Assembly: GCA_051866635.1 (NCBI GenBank)
Contig: JBJDXJ010000019.1
Location: 1 to 59,145 of the forward strand
Source: Clostridia bacterium
Lineage (GTDB): Bacteria > Bacillota > Clostridia > UMGS1883
DNA: 59,145 nucleotides
Direction of reading: 5' to 3'
The notes under the pieces are model-generated. The model was not told the DNA's origin and searched no databases. It saw only the letters and a program-made list of their open reading frames with translations. This document shows positions 29,667 to 40,288 of this stretch, one piece after another (position 1 is the stretch's first letter; the number at the start of each line of letters is the position of its first letter). The translations under genes and the position numbers were made by a program.

Positions 29667-30320
29667 TTATAAGGGTTGTTCAATATGTTCTGTGGAAACA
29701 ATTACAGGCTTTATCTGCCCGGAAGTTTTGTTTTCTATCATTTTTTCAAACCGTGCTGCATCTTCAACCTTTACATAGACGGTAAATTCAACATTATCGG
29801 TAAAAATGGTGTCTTTTAAAATATACTCCCCATCCTCCTGTATTGCATACTGAATGGAACCCATAGAGGAATAATCGCACTTGACACTGTAAATATTGCA
29901 GAAAAGCTTCTTTATCCGTCCTGCGGCATTTAACCCCTCCTGTGCACCCTTTGTATAGGCACGTACCAGACCGCCTGTGCCTAAAAGTGTGCCGCCGAAG
30001 TAACGTGTTACAACAACGGCTACATCTGTTAATTCTTCCTTACGAAGTACATCAAGTATGGGCATGCCTGCAGTTCCGGCAGGCTCACCGTCGTCAGAGT
30101 AACGCATAATGTTATTTTCCCTGACGATGTATGCGTAGCAGTTGTGGGTGGCATCACGGTGCTTTGCACGCACTGCGTTTACAAATTCAATTGCTTCATC
30201 TTCATTTGTGACGGGTTTGCAGTAGCCTATAAAACGTGATTTTTTTTCCACAAATTCACCGTAGGCACCTTTTTTTACTGTTTTGTAATTGTTCATAGGT
30301 ACGGGGACACTCCCATTCAT
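29667..30320 (-). CDS. yigZ: YigZ/IMPACT family protein
   Basis: EKKSRFIG, ATHNCYAY, DDGEPAGTAG, RYFGGTLLGTGGLVRAY. Confidence 0.93.
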   Translation of the reverse strand: MNGSVPVPMNNYKTVKKGAYGEFVEKKSRFIGYCKPVTNEDEAIEFVNAVRAKHRDATHNCYAYIVRENNIMRYSDDGEPAGTAGMPILDVLRKEELTDVAVVVTRYFGGTLLGTGGLVRAYTKGAQEGLNAAGRIKKLFCNIYSVKCDYSSMGSIQYAIQEDGEYILKDTIFTDNVEFTVYVKVEDAARFEKMIENKTSGQIKPVIVSTEHIEQPL

Positions 30321-31588
30321 TCATTTATAATATACTGTTTAAGTTTTTCCGCAAGTATTTCGTCTGCAAGAAGCTCCATCTTAATGCCTGTATCTGTATA
30401 TTCTTCAGAATAAATAACCTCGCTGTCGTGTAAGCGTGCGGCAGTACCTGAGGAAGAATACGGGATAAGGACTGTTATGCGTTTTTTCTTCCCGGGAAGT
30501 GCATCGGAAATAAGGTCGATAAGTTCATTTAAGCCTTCACCTGTTTTTGCACTGACAGATACATAGTCTGTATAATTTCCTTCAGGGCGTGGACTTAACA
30601 AAGGTGCAACATCGCATTTATTGAAAACTGCAATAATACGCTGTGCAGTGCAGTTTAGTTCACTTAAAAGTGAGTCAACGACATGTATGTTGTTAGCCAT
30701 TGAACTGTCTGAGGAATCTATAACGTGTAAAATCACATCGGCTTCCACTGTTTCCTCCAATGTGGAACGAAATGCCTTTACAAGGTGATGGGGAAGCTTT
30801 CGTATAAAGCCTACAGTGTCAATCAGCATAACCTTTCTGCCGTCAGGAAGTGTAATACTGCGACTTGTGGGGTCAAGTGTGGCAAATAGCTGATTTGCCG
30901 CATATACTTCTTCGGAGGCAGTAAGTGCGTTTAAAAGGGAAGATTTTCCCGCATTTGTATACCCTGCCAGGACGCAGGTCAATATACCGTCTTTATCACG
31001 TCTTGAACGTATTAATGTGCGGTGGCGTTCTATTTCACGAAGCTCTTCCTCCAAACTTTCAATCCTTCTTCTGATGTGACGCTTATCACTTTCTAACTTT
31101 GTTTCACCGGGTCCTCTTGTTCCGATACCGCCGCCAAGACGGGAAAGTGCCTGACCCATACCTGTAAGACGGGGCAAACGGTATTTTAATTGAGCAAGCT
31201 CCACCTGCAATTTGCCTTCCTTACTTCTGGCACGAAGGGCGAAAATATCAAGGATCAGAGTACTTCTGTCAATGGTGCGTACATTGGTGGCATCTTCAAT
31301 ATTTCGGGTTTGTATGCCCGTTAACTCGTCGTCAAAAATTATAAGGTCCGCATGGAGAGTTTCTGCGGCAAGGCGAAGCTCTTCAAGCTTACCTTCACCA
31401 AGGTAAGCACGTGTTTCAGGTTTATCTTTATTCTGAATCAATACCCCCACAACGCATGCCCCTGCGGTTTTTGCAAGTTCCTCCAATTCTTGGATTGACT
31501 CGTCGGTTGTATCATTTATAACATCTGTACTTCCTGTATGAACGCCGCAAAGTATTGCACGGATGGCTTTTTGTTCGGTTTGGGTCAT
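30317..31588 (-). CDS. hflX: GTPase HflX
   Basis: GIGTRGPGET, GYTNAGKS, LFATLDPT, DTVGFI, NKCD. Confidence 0.97.
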   Translation of the reverse strand: MTQTEQKAIRAILCGVHTGSTDVINDTTDESIQELEELAKTAGACVVGVLIQNKDKPETRAYLGEGKLEELRLAAETLHADLIIFDDELTGIQTRNIEDATNVRTIDRSTLILDIFALRARSKEGKLQVELAQLKYRLPRLTGMGQALSRLGGGIGTRGPGETKLESDKRHIRRRIESLEEELREIERHRTLIRSRRDKDGILTCVLAGYTNAGKSSLLNALTASEEVYAANQLFATLDPTSRSITLPDGRKVMLIDTVGFIRKLPHHLVKAFRSTLEETVEADVILHVIDSSDSSMANNIHVVDSLLSELNCTAQRIIAVFNKCDVAPLLSPRPEGNYTDYVSVSAKTGEGLNELIDLISDALPGKKKRITVLIPYSSSGTAARLHDSEVIYSEEYTDTGIKMELLADEILAEKLKQYIINE

Positions 31589-31757
31589 AAAATCGCTCCT
31601 TTTAACCTACATTATATAGTTTATTATACATATCATTTATATTTTTTGCAAGAAAAAGCATAAAATATTACAATTTAACGACAAATAAGCAGAAAATTCT
31701 TGATATCAAGCAGAAATATGATATAATATATCGGTATAGTTAATTTCCGAGAGGGGA

Positions 31758-33350
31758 ATGGTGTATATGAAAAAAACTGTAAAATTAATATTTGCTTTTA
31801 TGATGATTGCTATGCTTTCTATTTTTACAGGCTGCACAAAAGACGGTTATGTAGCTGATAAAATTCATGTCATGGGCGTGGATGTGGGCGGTCTTACTTA
31901 TGAGGAGGCTGTGGCAAAGGTGGACAGTATATCTTTAGGTGATGAAGTCAGGGTGAGAATTGCCGCAGATGAAGTGAATTTTGAACTTTCCGCACCCCAA
32001 ATCGGTGCTGAAGTTTCACCCAAGCAGACTGTGGATAACATTATGGAAAAAAGCACAGGAATTTTTTCGGGCTGGTTTAAGAAGGAATACCCTGCGGTTG
32101 TTGTGGTTGATTCTGTAATGTTTGAAAACGCTTTAACGCAAATCCTTTCACAAAAGGAATGTGATGTTACACAGTTTTCATACAGCCTTGAGGAAGACGG
32201 TATTCATATAAGAAACGGTTCGTCAGGATACAGACTTGACCGTGCAGAGCTTGCAACAAAGGTTTGCGAAGCTTTGGGCAATGGCAGTGATGAAGAAATT
32301 CAGGTTAGTTTTGTAAGAACAGTTCCCGATGAAGTTGATGCCGACGCCTTTTTGGCAGGATTTTCTTATGAATATAAGGAAGCGGAATACATAAGGGATG
32401 AAAACGGAGAAATTGCTATCACAGAAGATGTTCCCGGAATTGAGTTGGACAAAACAGAGGCTCTTTCCATTATAGGAAGTCATAAAGAGGAGGGAGAATC
32501 TTATATTATTCCATGTAAGATTCATCTGTCCAAGTACACACGTGAATATTTAACAGAGTGTCTGTTCCGTGATGTTTTAGGTACATATTCCACAAGCTTT
32601 AAAACAAGCAGTGAAAACCGTGCAACAAACGTAAAGCTTGCCGGTAACAGCTTAAGCGGAACAATACTTCTTCCCGGTGAAGTGTTCTCCTTTAATAAGA
32701 CTGTAGGCGAAAGAACAGCTGCCCGTGGCTACAAGGTTGCGGCGGCATATTCTGCAGGTAAGACTGTTGATTCTATCGGCGGAGGTATCTGTCAGGTGTC
32801 AAGTACACTTTATAACTCTGTTCTTCTGTCAAATCTTGAAATTGTGGAAAGAAGAAGCCATCAGATGACAGTAGGTTATGTTCCTCTTGGACGTGACGCA
32901 ACTGTAAGCTGGGGTACACAGGACTTTAAGTTCAAAAATAACACAGATTTCCCCGTTAAACTTGTAACAACAATAAACGGCAGAAATATTGAAATTTCTG
33001 TTATCGGTACATTGACAGATCCCACACAAAGGGTTGAAATTGTAACAAACACAGTATCTGTCTTAGAACCGGGAATGAATATTGTGGAGGATAACACAAA
33101 AGAAGTGGGATATGTGGATACAAAGCAGGGCTCGAAAGGCTATGTGGTAGACGCAGTGAGAGTTGTTTATTCAAACGGAAGCGAAGTTTCAAGGGAAAAG
33201 CTTACAAAAAGTAGATATAATCCCACAAACGGCACACAGACTGTAGGCACTATGGTGGTTGGAGCCCCCATGACAGATGCACCTGTAGAAATACCGGCAG
33301 TTGAAACGCCTGTAGTTGAAACACCCGTAGTATCTGATACAGGCATATAA
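31758..33350 (+). CDS. VanW-family lipoprotein (PG-binding/VanW/G5-like)
   Basis: lipobox-like FTGC; FSFNKTVGER, GGGICQVSSTLYN, YVPLGRDATV; C-terminal PVVET repeats. Confidence 0.88.
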   Translation: MVYMKKTVKLIFAFMMIAMLSIFTGCTKDGYVADKIHVMGVDVGGLTYEEAVAKVDSISLGDEVRVRIAADEVNFELSAPQIGAEVSPKQTVDNIMEKSTGIFSGWFKKEYPAVVVVDSVMFENALTQILSQKECDVTQFSYSLEEDGIHIRNGSSGYRLDRAELATKVCEALGNGSDEEIQVSFVRTVPDEVDADAFLAGFSYEYKEAEYIRDENGEIAITEDVPGIELDKTEALSIIGSHKEEGESYIIPCKIHLSKYTREYLTECLFRDVLGTYSTSFKTSSENRATNVKLAGNSLSGTILLPGEVFSFNKTVGERTAARGYKVAAAYSAGKTVDSIGGGICQVSSTLYNSVLLSNLEIVERRSHQMTVGYVPLGRDATVSWGTQDFKFKNNTDFPVKLVTTINGRNIEISVIGTLTDPTQRVEIVTNTVSVLEPGMNIVEDNTKEVGYVDTKQGSKGYVVDAVRVVYSNGSEVSREKLTKSRYNPTNGTQTVGTMVVGAPMTDAPVEIPAVETPVVETPVVSDTGI

Positions 33351-33373
33351 AAATTAGGAAAGGAATTGATTAA

Positions 33374-35338
33374 ATGGCGAAGAAGGAATACGGCGACCAC
33401 AGTATAGAGCTGTTAAAGGGTCCCGATAAGGTGCGTAAGCGTCCGGGGGTAATATTTGGCTCTGACGGTATTGACGGTTGCGAACACAGCATATTTGAAA
33501 TTGTGTCAAATTCCATCGACGAAGCGAAAGAAGGCTTCGGTAAAGTCATTGAAGTCACCTATTTCAAAGACCTTAGCATAGAGGTACGAGATTACGGCCG
33601 CGGTATTCCCGTGGGTTGGAATGAAAAGGAACAGAGGTATAACTGGGAATTGGTTTTCTGTGAAATGTACGCCGGAGGTAAGTATTCAAAGGGTGACGGT
33701 GAAAGTTACGGATATTCCTTAGGCTTAAACGGTCTTGGTCTTTGTGCCACTCAGTTTGCTTCAGAATATATGGAAACCACAATAAACCGTGACGGGTACG
33801 AGCATAAGCTGTACTTTGAAAAGGGCGAAAATGTAGGCGGCCTTTATAAGGAGGCAAAGAAGTACCGTAATACAGGCACTACAATAAAGTGGCGACCTGA
33901 TATGTCAGTTTTCACAGATATTGAAATTCCCTTGCAGTATTTTCAGGAAACACTGAAAAGACAGGCTGTTGTAAATAAGGGAATAAGGTTCAAACTTGAC
34001 TACAAGGGCGAAAAATTTGAATATATTTACGAAAACGGCATTGTGGACTATGTGAATGAATTGACGCTGAATAAACGGTTTACAGACATTTCATATTACG
34101 AGGGAGAAAGGGTAGGCCGTGACAGAGCAGATATGGCTGATTATAAGGTTAAGCTTTCCGCCGCCTTCTGCTTCAGTAACGATATAAATGTGATTGAATA
34201 TTATCACAATTCCTCCTTCCTTGAACACGGCGGAAGCCCTGATAAGGCAACAAGAAGTGCATTTGTTGCATCTATTGACAATTTCATACGAAACGAAAAC
34301 AAGTATACGAAAAACGAAAGTAAGATTACATTTGTGGATGTTTCGGACAGCTTATGCCTTGTTACAAACTGTTTTTCCACCGTTGTAAGCTATGAAAATC
34401 AGACAAAGAAAAGTATTACAAATAAATTTATTCAGGAAGCAATGACCGAATTTTTAAGGCAAAGCCTTGATGTGTACTTTATCGAGCACAGGGCGGAGGC
34501 TCTTAAAATAGCCGACCAGACACTACTAAATAAACGAAGCCGTGAGCACGCTGAAAAGACAAGGACAAACATGAAAAAGAAGCTTACGGGCAATATCGAT
34601 ATTACAAACCGTATTCAGAAATTTGTTGATTGCAGAAGCAAGGACCTTTCAAAGCGTGAAATCTATATCGTGGAAGGTGACAGTGCGTTAGGTGCCTGTA
34701 AATTGGGCCGTGACAGCGAATTTCAAGCTATTATGCCTGTAAGAGGTAAAATACTAAATTGTCTTAAGGCTGATTTTACAAAGATTTTTAAAAGTGAGAT
34801 TATTACTGATTTAGTTAAGGTTTTAGGTTGCGGTGTAGAGGTTAAAAGCAAGCATAATAAGGACTTAAACAGCTTTAATATGGAAAATTTAAGATGGGCT
34901 AAAATTATTATCTGTACCGATGCCGACGTGGACGGCTTTCAGATAAGAACGCTTATTTTAACTATGATTTACCGCCTTATGCCCACATTGATTGAAGAGG
35001 GAAAAGTCTTTATTGCAGAATCGCCCCTTTTTGAAATAACCTGTAAGGATGACACATATTTTGCCTACAGCGAAAAAGAAAAGGCAGAGATACTTGAAAG
35101 GCTTGAAGGTAAAAAGATTAATATTCAGCGGAGTAAAGGTCTTGGTGAGAACCAGCCTGAAATGATGTGGCAGACAACGATGAATCCTGAAACAAGGCGG
35201 CTTATTGAAGTTACACCTGAGGATGCCGAAAAAACTGCCGAAATGTTTGACCTTCTTTTAGGGGACAATTTGCAGGGCAGAAAAGACTATATTGCAAAAT
35301 ACGGTAAAAACTATTTGGAATTAATAGATGTAAGTTAA
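33374..35338 (+). CDS. type IIA DNA topoisomerase subunit B (GyrB/ParE-like)
   Basis: VRKRPG, EIVSNSIDE, DYGRGIP GHKL; EGDSA, PVRGKILN, DADVDG TOPRIM. Confidence 0.92.
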   Translation: MAKKEYGDHSIELLKGPDKVRKRPGVIFGSDGIDGCEHSIFEIVSNSIDEAKEGFGKVIEVTYFKDLSIEVRDYGRGIPVGWNEKEQRYNWELVFCEMYAGGKYSKGDGESYGYSLGLNGLGLCATQFASEYMETTINRDGYEHKLYFEKGENVGGLYKEAKKYRNTGTTIKWRPDMSVFTDIEIPLQYFQETLKRQAVVNKGIRFKLDYKGEKFEYIYENGIVDYVNELTLNKRFTDISYYEGERVGRDRADMADYKVKLSAAFCFSNDINVIEYYHNSSFLEHGGSPDKATRSAFVASIDNFIRNENKYTKNESKITFVDVSDSLCLVTNCFSTVVSYENQTKKSITNKFIQEAMTEFLRQSLDVYFIEHRAEALKIADQTLLNKRSREHAEKTRTNMKKKLTGNIDITNRIQKFVDCRSKDLSKREIYIVEGDSALGACKLGRDSEFQAIMPVRGKILNCLKADFTKIFKSEIITDLVKVLGCGVEVKSKHNKDLNSFNMENLRWAKIIICTDADVDGFQIRTLILTMIYRLMPTLIEEGKVFIAESPLFEITCKDDTYFAYSEKEKAEILERLEGKKINIQRSKGLGENQPEMMWQTTMNPETRRLIEVTPEDAEKTAEMFDLLLGDNLQGRKDYIAKYGKNYLELIDVS

Positions 35339-35368
35339 AAAGAAGTCTTCGGACTTCTTTTTAACTTA
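35331..35368 (+). terminator. terminator with cUUCGg loop
   Basis: TAAGTTAAAAAGAAGTC-TTCG-GACTTCTTTTTAACTTA. Confidence 0.85.
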
Positions 35369-35442
35369 TACCCCAAAACACTTGACAAATCGGCAATAAA
35401 ATTATAGAATAGAGGTAGTAATATAGGTCAGGAGTGATACTA

Positions 35443-36834
35443 ATGAAGAATAGTGAAAAAACCATGGATAAGGTGGTTGCCCTTTGTAAAAGCCGCGGCT
35501 ACGTTTATCCCGGTAGTGAAATATACGGTGGTCTTGCAAACACATGGGACTACGGTCCCTTAGGCGTTGAATTTAAAAACAACGTAAAAAAGGCTTGGTG
35601 GAAAAAGTTTGTTCAGGAATCACCTTACAATGTTGGCTTGGACAGTGCAATTCTGATGAACCCTCAGACCTGGGTGGCATCAGGTCACGTAGGAGGCTTT
35701 TCAGACCCTCTTATGGACTGTAAGGAATGTAAGAGCAGACATCGTGCTGATAAACTTATCGAGGACTTCTGCTTTGCAAAGGGCGAATCCATTGTGGTTG
35801 ACGGCTGGAGCAATGAGCAGATGGTTGAGTATATAAAGGAGAATAACATTGTTTGTCCTCAGTGCGGTAAAATGAACTACACTGATATTCGTAAGTTTAA
35901 CCTTATGTTTAAAACTTTCCAGGGCGTAACAGAGGATTCTACAAGCGAAATTTTCCTTCGTCCCGAAACTGCACAGGGTATTTTTGTAAACTTTAAGAAT
36001 ATCCAGCGTACAACACGTAAAAAGGTACCTTTTGGTGTAGGTCAGATTGGTAAGAGCTTCCGTAACGAAATCACACCCGGTAACTTTACTTTCAGAACAA
36101 GGGAATTTGAACAGATGGAGCTTGAATTCTTCTGTGCTCCCGGTACAGATATGGAATGGTTCCTTTACTGGAAGGACTATTGCAAGAACTGGCTTCTTTC
36201 TCTTGGTATTAAGGAAGAAAATATTCGCTTGAGAGACCATTCCAAGGAAGAATTAAGCCACTATTCCAATGCCACAACAGATATTGAATTTATGTTCCCC
36301 TTCGGTTGGGGCGAGCTCTGGGGCATTGCCGACAGAACAGACTTTGACTTGACACAGCATGCTAACCATTCCGGTGAAAATATGGAATATATGGATCCTA
36401 CAACAAACGAAAAGTATGTTCCTTACGTTATTGAACCTTCCTTGGGTGCAGACAGAGTTGCACTTGCCTTTCTCTGTGAAGCGTACGACGAGGAAGAAGT
36501 AGGCGACGGTGATACAAGAGTTGTTCTTCGTCTTTCACCTGCACTTGCTCCCGTTAAGGCGGCTGTATTGCCACTTTCAAAGAAGCTTAACGAACGTGCA
36601 ACTGAAATTTATCAAAATCTTATAAAGAAGTATCCATGTGAATTTGATGATGCAGGTTCTATCGGTAAGAGATACCGCAGACAGGATGAAATCGGTACAC
36701 CTATCTGTATCACTATCGATTTTGAAACGGAAACAGACGGCTGTGTAACAATCCGTGAAAGAGATTCTATGGAGCAGATTCGTGTTAAGGTTGAAGAGCT
36801 TGATAATTATATTGCAAAGATGATTGAATTCTAA
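35443..36834 (+). CDS. glyQS: glycine--tRNA ligase (alpha2 type)
   Basis: [38 protein letters not shown]. Confidence 0.96.
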   Translation: MKNSEKTMDKVVALCKSRGYVYPGSEIYGGLANTWDYGPLGVEFKNNVKKAWWKKFVQESPYNVGLDSAILMNPQTWVASGHVGGFSDPLMDCKECKSRHRADKLIEDFCFAKGESIVVDGWSNEQMVEYIKENNIVCPQCGKMNYTDIRKFNLMFKTFQGVTEDSTSEIFLRPETAQGIFVNFKNIQRTTRKKVPFGVGQIGKSFRNEITPGNFTFRTREFEQMELEFFCAPGTDMEWFLYWKDYCKNWLLSLGIKEENIRLRDHSKEELSHYSNATTDIEFMFPFGWGELWGIADRTDFDLTQHANHSGENMEYMDPTTNEKYVPYVIEPSLGADRVALAFLCEAYDEEEVGDGDTRVVLRLSPALAPVKAAVLPLSKKLNERATEIYQNLIKKYPCEFDDAGSIGKRYRRQDEIGTPICITIDFETETDGCVTIRERDSMEQIRVKVEELDNYIAKMIEF

Positions 36835-36861
36835 TAAACATAAAAGTTGGAGGAAAATGAA

Positions 36862-37608
36862 ATGAAAGTAGTAGTTCTTGCAGCAGGATACGCAACAAGG
36901 CTGTATCCTTTGACAGAAAATTTCCCAAAACCTCTTTTGGAGGTGAACGGAAAAAGTATACTTGATTACCTCATTGAGGACCTTGACAAGCTTGACTGCG
37001 TAAACGAGCATATCATTATTTCCAATGCAAAGTTTGCCAATATTTTTGAAGATTGGAAAAAGAACAGTAATTATACTAAGCCTATTATTGTTTTGAACGA
37101 CGGTACCACAAGCAATGAAACAAGGCTTGGTGCTGTAAGAGATATTCTTTTTGCAATAGAAGAAAGAAAAATCGATGAAGATATTTTCGTCCTTGCAGGG
37201 GACAACCTTCTTGACTTTTCTTTGGCAAAGTTTATTGAATACGCACAGGCTAAAAATTCAAGTTCCGTAATTGTAAATTACGAGGAAGATGTTGAGGAGC
37301 TTAGAAAATGCGGTGTTATGATTCCTGACGAAAACATGAAGATTTTGTCTATGGAAGAAAAGCCTAAGGAGCCAAAGTCAAACTGGTGTGTAGGTCCCTT
37401 CTATTACTATAAGAAGGACGACTTGAAGTATGTTAAACAGGGCATTGACGAGGGTTGCGGTGTGGATGCACCCGGCAGTTTCGTTTGTTACCTTTGCGAA
37501 AAAACCGATGTTTACGCTTGGGAAATGCCGGGAACACGCTTTGATATAGGCGGTTTTGACTCCTATGAGGAAGTTAAGAAAAATTATAAAGGAATTACTA
37601 TAGAATAA
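36862..37608 (+). CDS. sugar-phosphate nucleotidyltransferase family protein
   Basis: LAAGYATRLYPLT..PKPLL, AGDN. Confidence 0.88.
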   Translation: MKVVVLAAGYATRLYPLTENFPKPLLEVNGKSILDYLIEDLDKLDCVNEHIIISNAKFANIFEDWKKNSNYTKPIIVLNDGTTSNETRLGAVRDILFAIEERKIDEDIFVLAGDNLLDFSLAKFIEYAQAKNSSSVIVNYEEDVEELRKCGVMIPDENMKILSMEEKPKEPKSNWCVGPFYYYKKDDLKYVKQGIDEGCGVDAPGSFVCYLCEKTDVYAWEMPGTRFDIGGFDSYEEVKKNYKGITIE

Positions 37609-37668
37609 TTTAAAATTCAAAAAGCAGACAGAGTATTGTCTGCTTTTTAAATTGAAAGCGGTGGTTTT

Positions 37669-38940
37669 ATGGACATCAGAGAACTGATTTATAATACATT
37701 TTTAAAGCCCTTTGAAGGAAAAAATTACTCCAATGTTGGGGTTGAACTGGAATTCCCTCTAATAAATTTACAAAAAGCTCCTGTTGATGAAAGCGTTGCA
37801 AAGGGCATGTTTGACCATTTTTTGGCACGGGGTTTTAAAGCGGAGCTAACAGAAAAAGGTCAGCCCCTTTTTATTACAAATGACGATGGCGATTGCCTCA
37901 GCTTTGACAATTCATACAATAATTTTGAGTTTGCATTAAATTACGGTGATAACCTTTGTGTTATTGCAGATAGGTTTTACAAACTTTTAGACGAAGTTCA
38001 GAGATATTTTGAAAGCAAAAATCACGCAATTTTAGGACTTGGCAGTAACCCTTACAAAAAATATATAAAAAAGAGCCATGTTGATTTTTCCACATACAAT
38101 ATGGTGGACGAATACCTTACAACAAATGGGAAAGACAGCAAATACCCTGATTTTCCTGCCTATCTTTCCAGTGCCCAGACACATCTGGACATACCTCTTT
38201 CTGATTTACCGAAGGCGTATACCCTTTACGGAAAGATGGACTTTGTGCGAGGTCTTCTTTTTGCAAATTCCCCCGATTTTGACAAAGAAGGTTACCTTTG
38301 CTACCGTGATTACCTTTGGGAACAAAGCGGTTTTTCACTGTGCCCGAATATTACAGGCAAGGTTGAAGGCAAGTTTAAAACAGCACAGGACTTAGTCAGC
38401 TATATTGCACAAAAGGGTATGTTTAACCGTATCCGTGAGGGAAAATATGAAATTTTCAAACCTGAAACAATGAAGGAATATTTTGCCCGTGAGGATGCAA
38501 AAAGTGAAGATATAGACTGTTATCTCTCCTTTAAAAACGTGGAAATAACACGCAGAGGAACACTTGAAATAAGAAGTGACTGTGCCCAGCCATTTTCAGA
38601 TGCTTTTACCCCTGCCGCTTTTAATCTAGGCATACTTTATAACATGGACAAGGCAGAGACAATTGTGGATAGCTTTTTAAAGGAAAAGAAGATTAATATG
38701 ACAAATAGCCTTATTCGTGAAGCCGTGGTCAAAGGTGAACAAATTGCGGATGAAGAGTCTGTTTATATTCTCCTTGACAGTTTAGTTTCTCTTTCAGAGG
38801 AAGGGCTTTTGAAAAGAGGCAAAGGTGAGGAAAAACTTCTCCTGCCCCTTTATGACAGGGTGGCGAGAGGAATGAACCCTGCAATGGAGGCATACTATTA
38901 TGATGAAGACGAATTGGTGGAATTAAGAAGAATGATATAA
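37669..38940 (+). CDS. glutamate--cysteine ligase family (GCS2) protein
   Basis: GVELEF, QTHLD, LFANSP, LEIRS. Confidence 0.75.
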   Translation: MDIRELIYNTFLKPFEGKNYSNVGVELEFPLINLQKAPVDESVAKGMFDHFLARGFKAELTEKGQPLFITNDDGDCLSFDNSYNNFEFALNYGDNLCVIADRFYKLLDEVQRYFESKNHAILGLGSNPYKKYIKKSHVDFSTYNMVDEYLTTNGKDSKYPDFPAYLSSAQTHLDIPLSDLPKAYTLYGKMDFVRGLLFANSPDFDKEGYLCYRDYLWEQSGFSLCPNITGKVEGKFKTAQDLVSYIAQKGMFNRIREGKYEIFKPETMKEYFAREDAKSEDIDCYLSFKNVEITRRGTLEIRSDCAQPFSDAFTPAAFNLGILYNMDKAETIVDSFLKEKKINMTNSLIREAVVKGEQIADEESVYILLDSLVSLSEEGLLKRGKGEEKLLLPLYDRVARGMNPAMEAYYYDEDELVELRRMI

Positions 38941-38995
38941 TTTAAGGTTTGTGTAAACCAAAAAAATGGGATTTACACAAACCTTAAATTTTTAT
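38939..38995 (+). terminator. intrinsic terminator
   Basis: 19-bp IR AATTTAAGGTTTGTGTAAA/TTTACACAAACCTTAAATT. Confidence 0.75.
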
Positions 38996-39092
38996 CATCA
39001 TTATAAGCAGAGTAAAATTTTTTTGCGTATATATGAAAAAATATTCCACTTGTATTATTATCTCTAAAACAAGTGGAATACATACAAATTTG

Positions 39093-40109
39093 TTATTTTA
39101 TTGTGTAACCCAAGTTCTCAGGCATAACCTGAACATAGGTCTGCACATTGTCGTCCAGCACAAGCTCACTGCCGTCTTCAAGATAGAACTTAAGCTGACT
39201 TGTCCTGCCTGAACGCTTCCATGTAATGGGAGTTTGCATCCCATCTGAAATAAAGATACCTTTTCCGCTGCCTACAGTATCCATCTGCAATCTTGCAGTG
39301 CCGTCACCTAAAGGATAGCTTTTTACAAACTGGAATATAATCTGTCCCGCTTGAAGTTTTGCACCTGATTGTGTGGGATGGTATTCGGAATTTATATAAC
39401 GGTCGTAAAGTTTTGTTTCTTCATCATACTTATATGATACATAGTAAAAGTCCGCGTAGGGAATAGTAATATCAACAGCACTTTCCCCTTCGTATACAGG
39501 GGCATCGGATGAAAACTTAAAAGGAAGCGTATCACTTGTTTTTCTGTAGCCTATCTTGTCTGCAAGTGCGTTAAGGTTACTTATGGATGTGTAAAGGGAA
39601 TGATAATCTCCCTTATACTTCCTTTCACGCCAGTAGTATGTAGGCTCGTAAACAAGACCGTTTAAGTTATTTACACCCAATGATTCAATCTGGCTCATTG
39701 CCAGCGGGCTGAACCCTGCGTGGGAATAAAGGGCGTCATTGTCAAAAACATAGTCTAAAAAGTAGTGACGGGAAGAACGGACAGGCCCGATTTTAGGTGT
39801 TTCGGCACCTTTGAACAGTGCCATAAGGCGTGTTGCCTTTCCCTCTACGTAAAGCTCGTAAACGATGTATGCATCCTCCAGCCCTGCGTGGGGACGGGAA
39901 GAATTGCCGTCATTGTCAATCATTACGGCAAAGGCACGATCGTCACCATATATATTGTAAAGTGAAGCTTTTGCTTCCTCGGTTGGTTGTTCTAAAACCA
40001 CATCTTCAATCAGAGTTGGTTCTGTGGCTTCCGATGGGTCTATGGCATTTTTGCCGCAACCGGATAATAATAATGCCAACGTGGCACAGCATATCAGAAA
40101 CTTACGCAT
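39093..40109 (-). CDS. DUF3048 (YerB-like) lipoprotein
   Basis: lipobox LSGC; AVMIDN..SRPHAGL, IGPVRSSRHY. Confidence 0.85.
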   Translation of the reverse strand: MRKFLICCATLALLLSGCGKNAIDPSEATEPTLIEDVVLEQPTEEAKASLYNIYGDDRAFAVMIDNDGNSSRPHAGLEDAYIVYELYVEGKATRLMALFKGAETPKIGPVRSSRHYFLDYVFDNDALYSHAGFSPLAMSQIESLGVNNLNGLVYEPTYYWRERKYKGDYHSLYTSISNLNALADKIGYRKTSDTLPFKFSSDAPVYEGESAVDITIPYADFYYVSYKYDEETKLYDRYINSEYHPTQSGAKLQAGQIIFQFVKSYPLGDGTARLQMDTVGSGKGIFISDGMQTPITWKRSGRTSQLKFYLEDGSELVLDDNVQTYVQVMPENLGYTIK

Positions 40110-40288
40110 AGAGTCATCTCCTTTAAAATCATTATACCATTTTTACGCCTTTTTGTCAAGGAAGGGAAGAATGGGACAAAATTGAAATAAAAAATAAAAA
40201 AATGTTTGACATATGGTGGTTTTATGTGTAGAATATATGATAATAGTTTTTCTGCAATGGACATTTGTCCACCAAGGAGGTTATAAAT

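Noticed and set aside
31758-33350. VanW gene as a vancomycin-resistance locus
   Set aside because: No vanHAX/RS nearby; VanW-domain proteins are common in Clostridia
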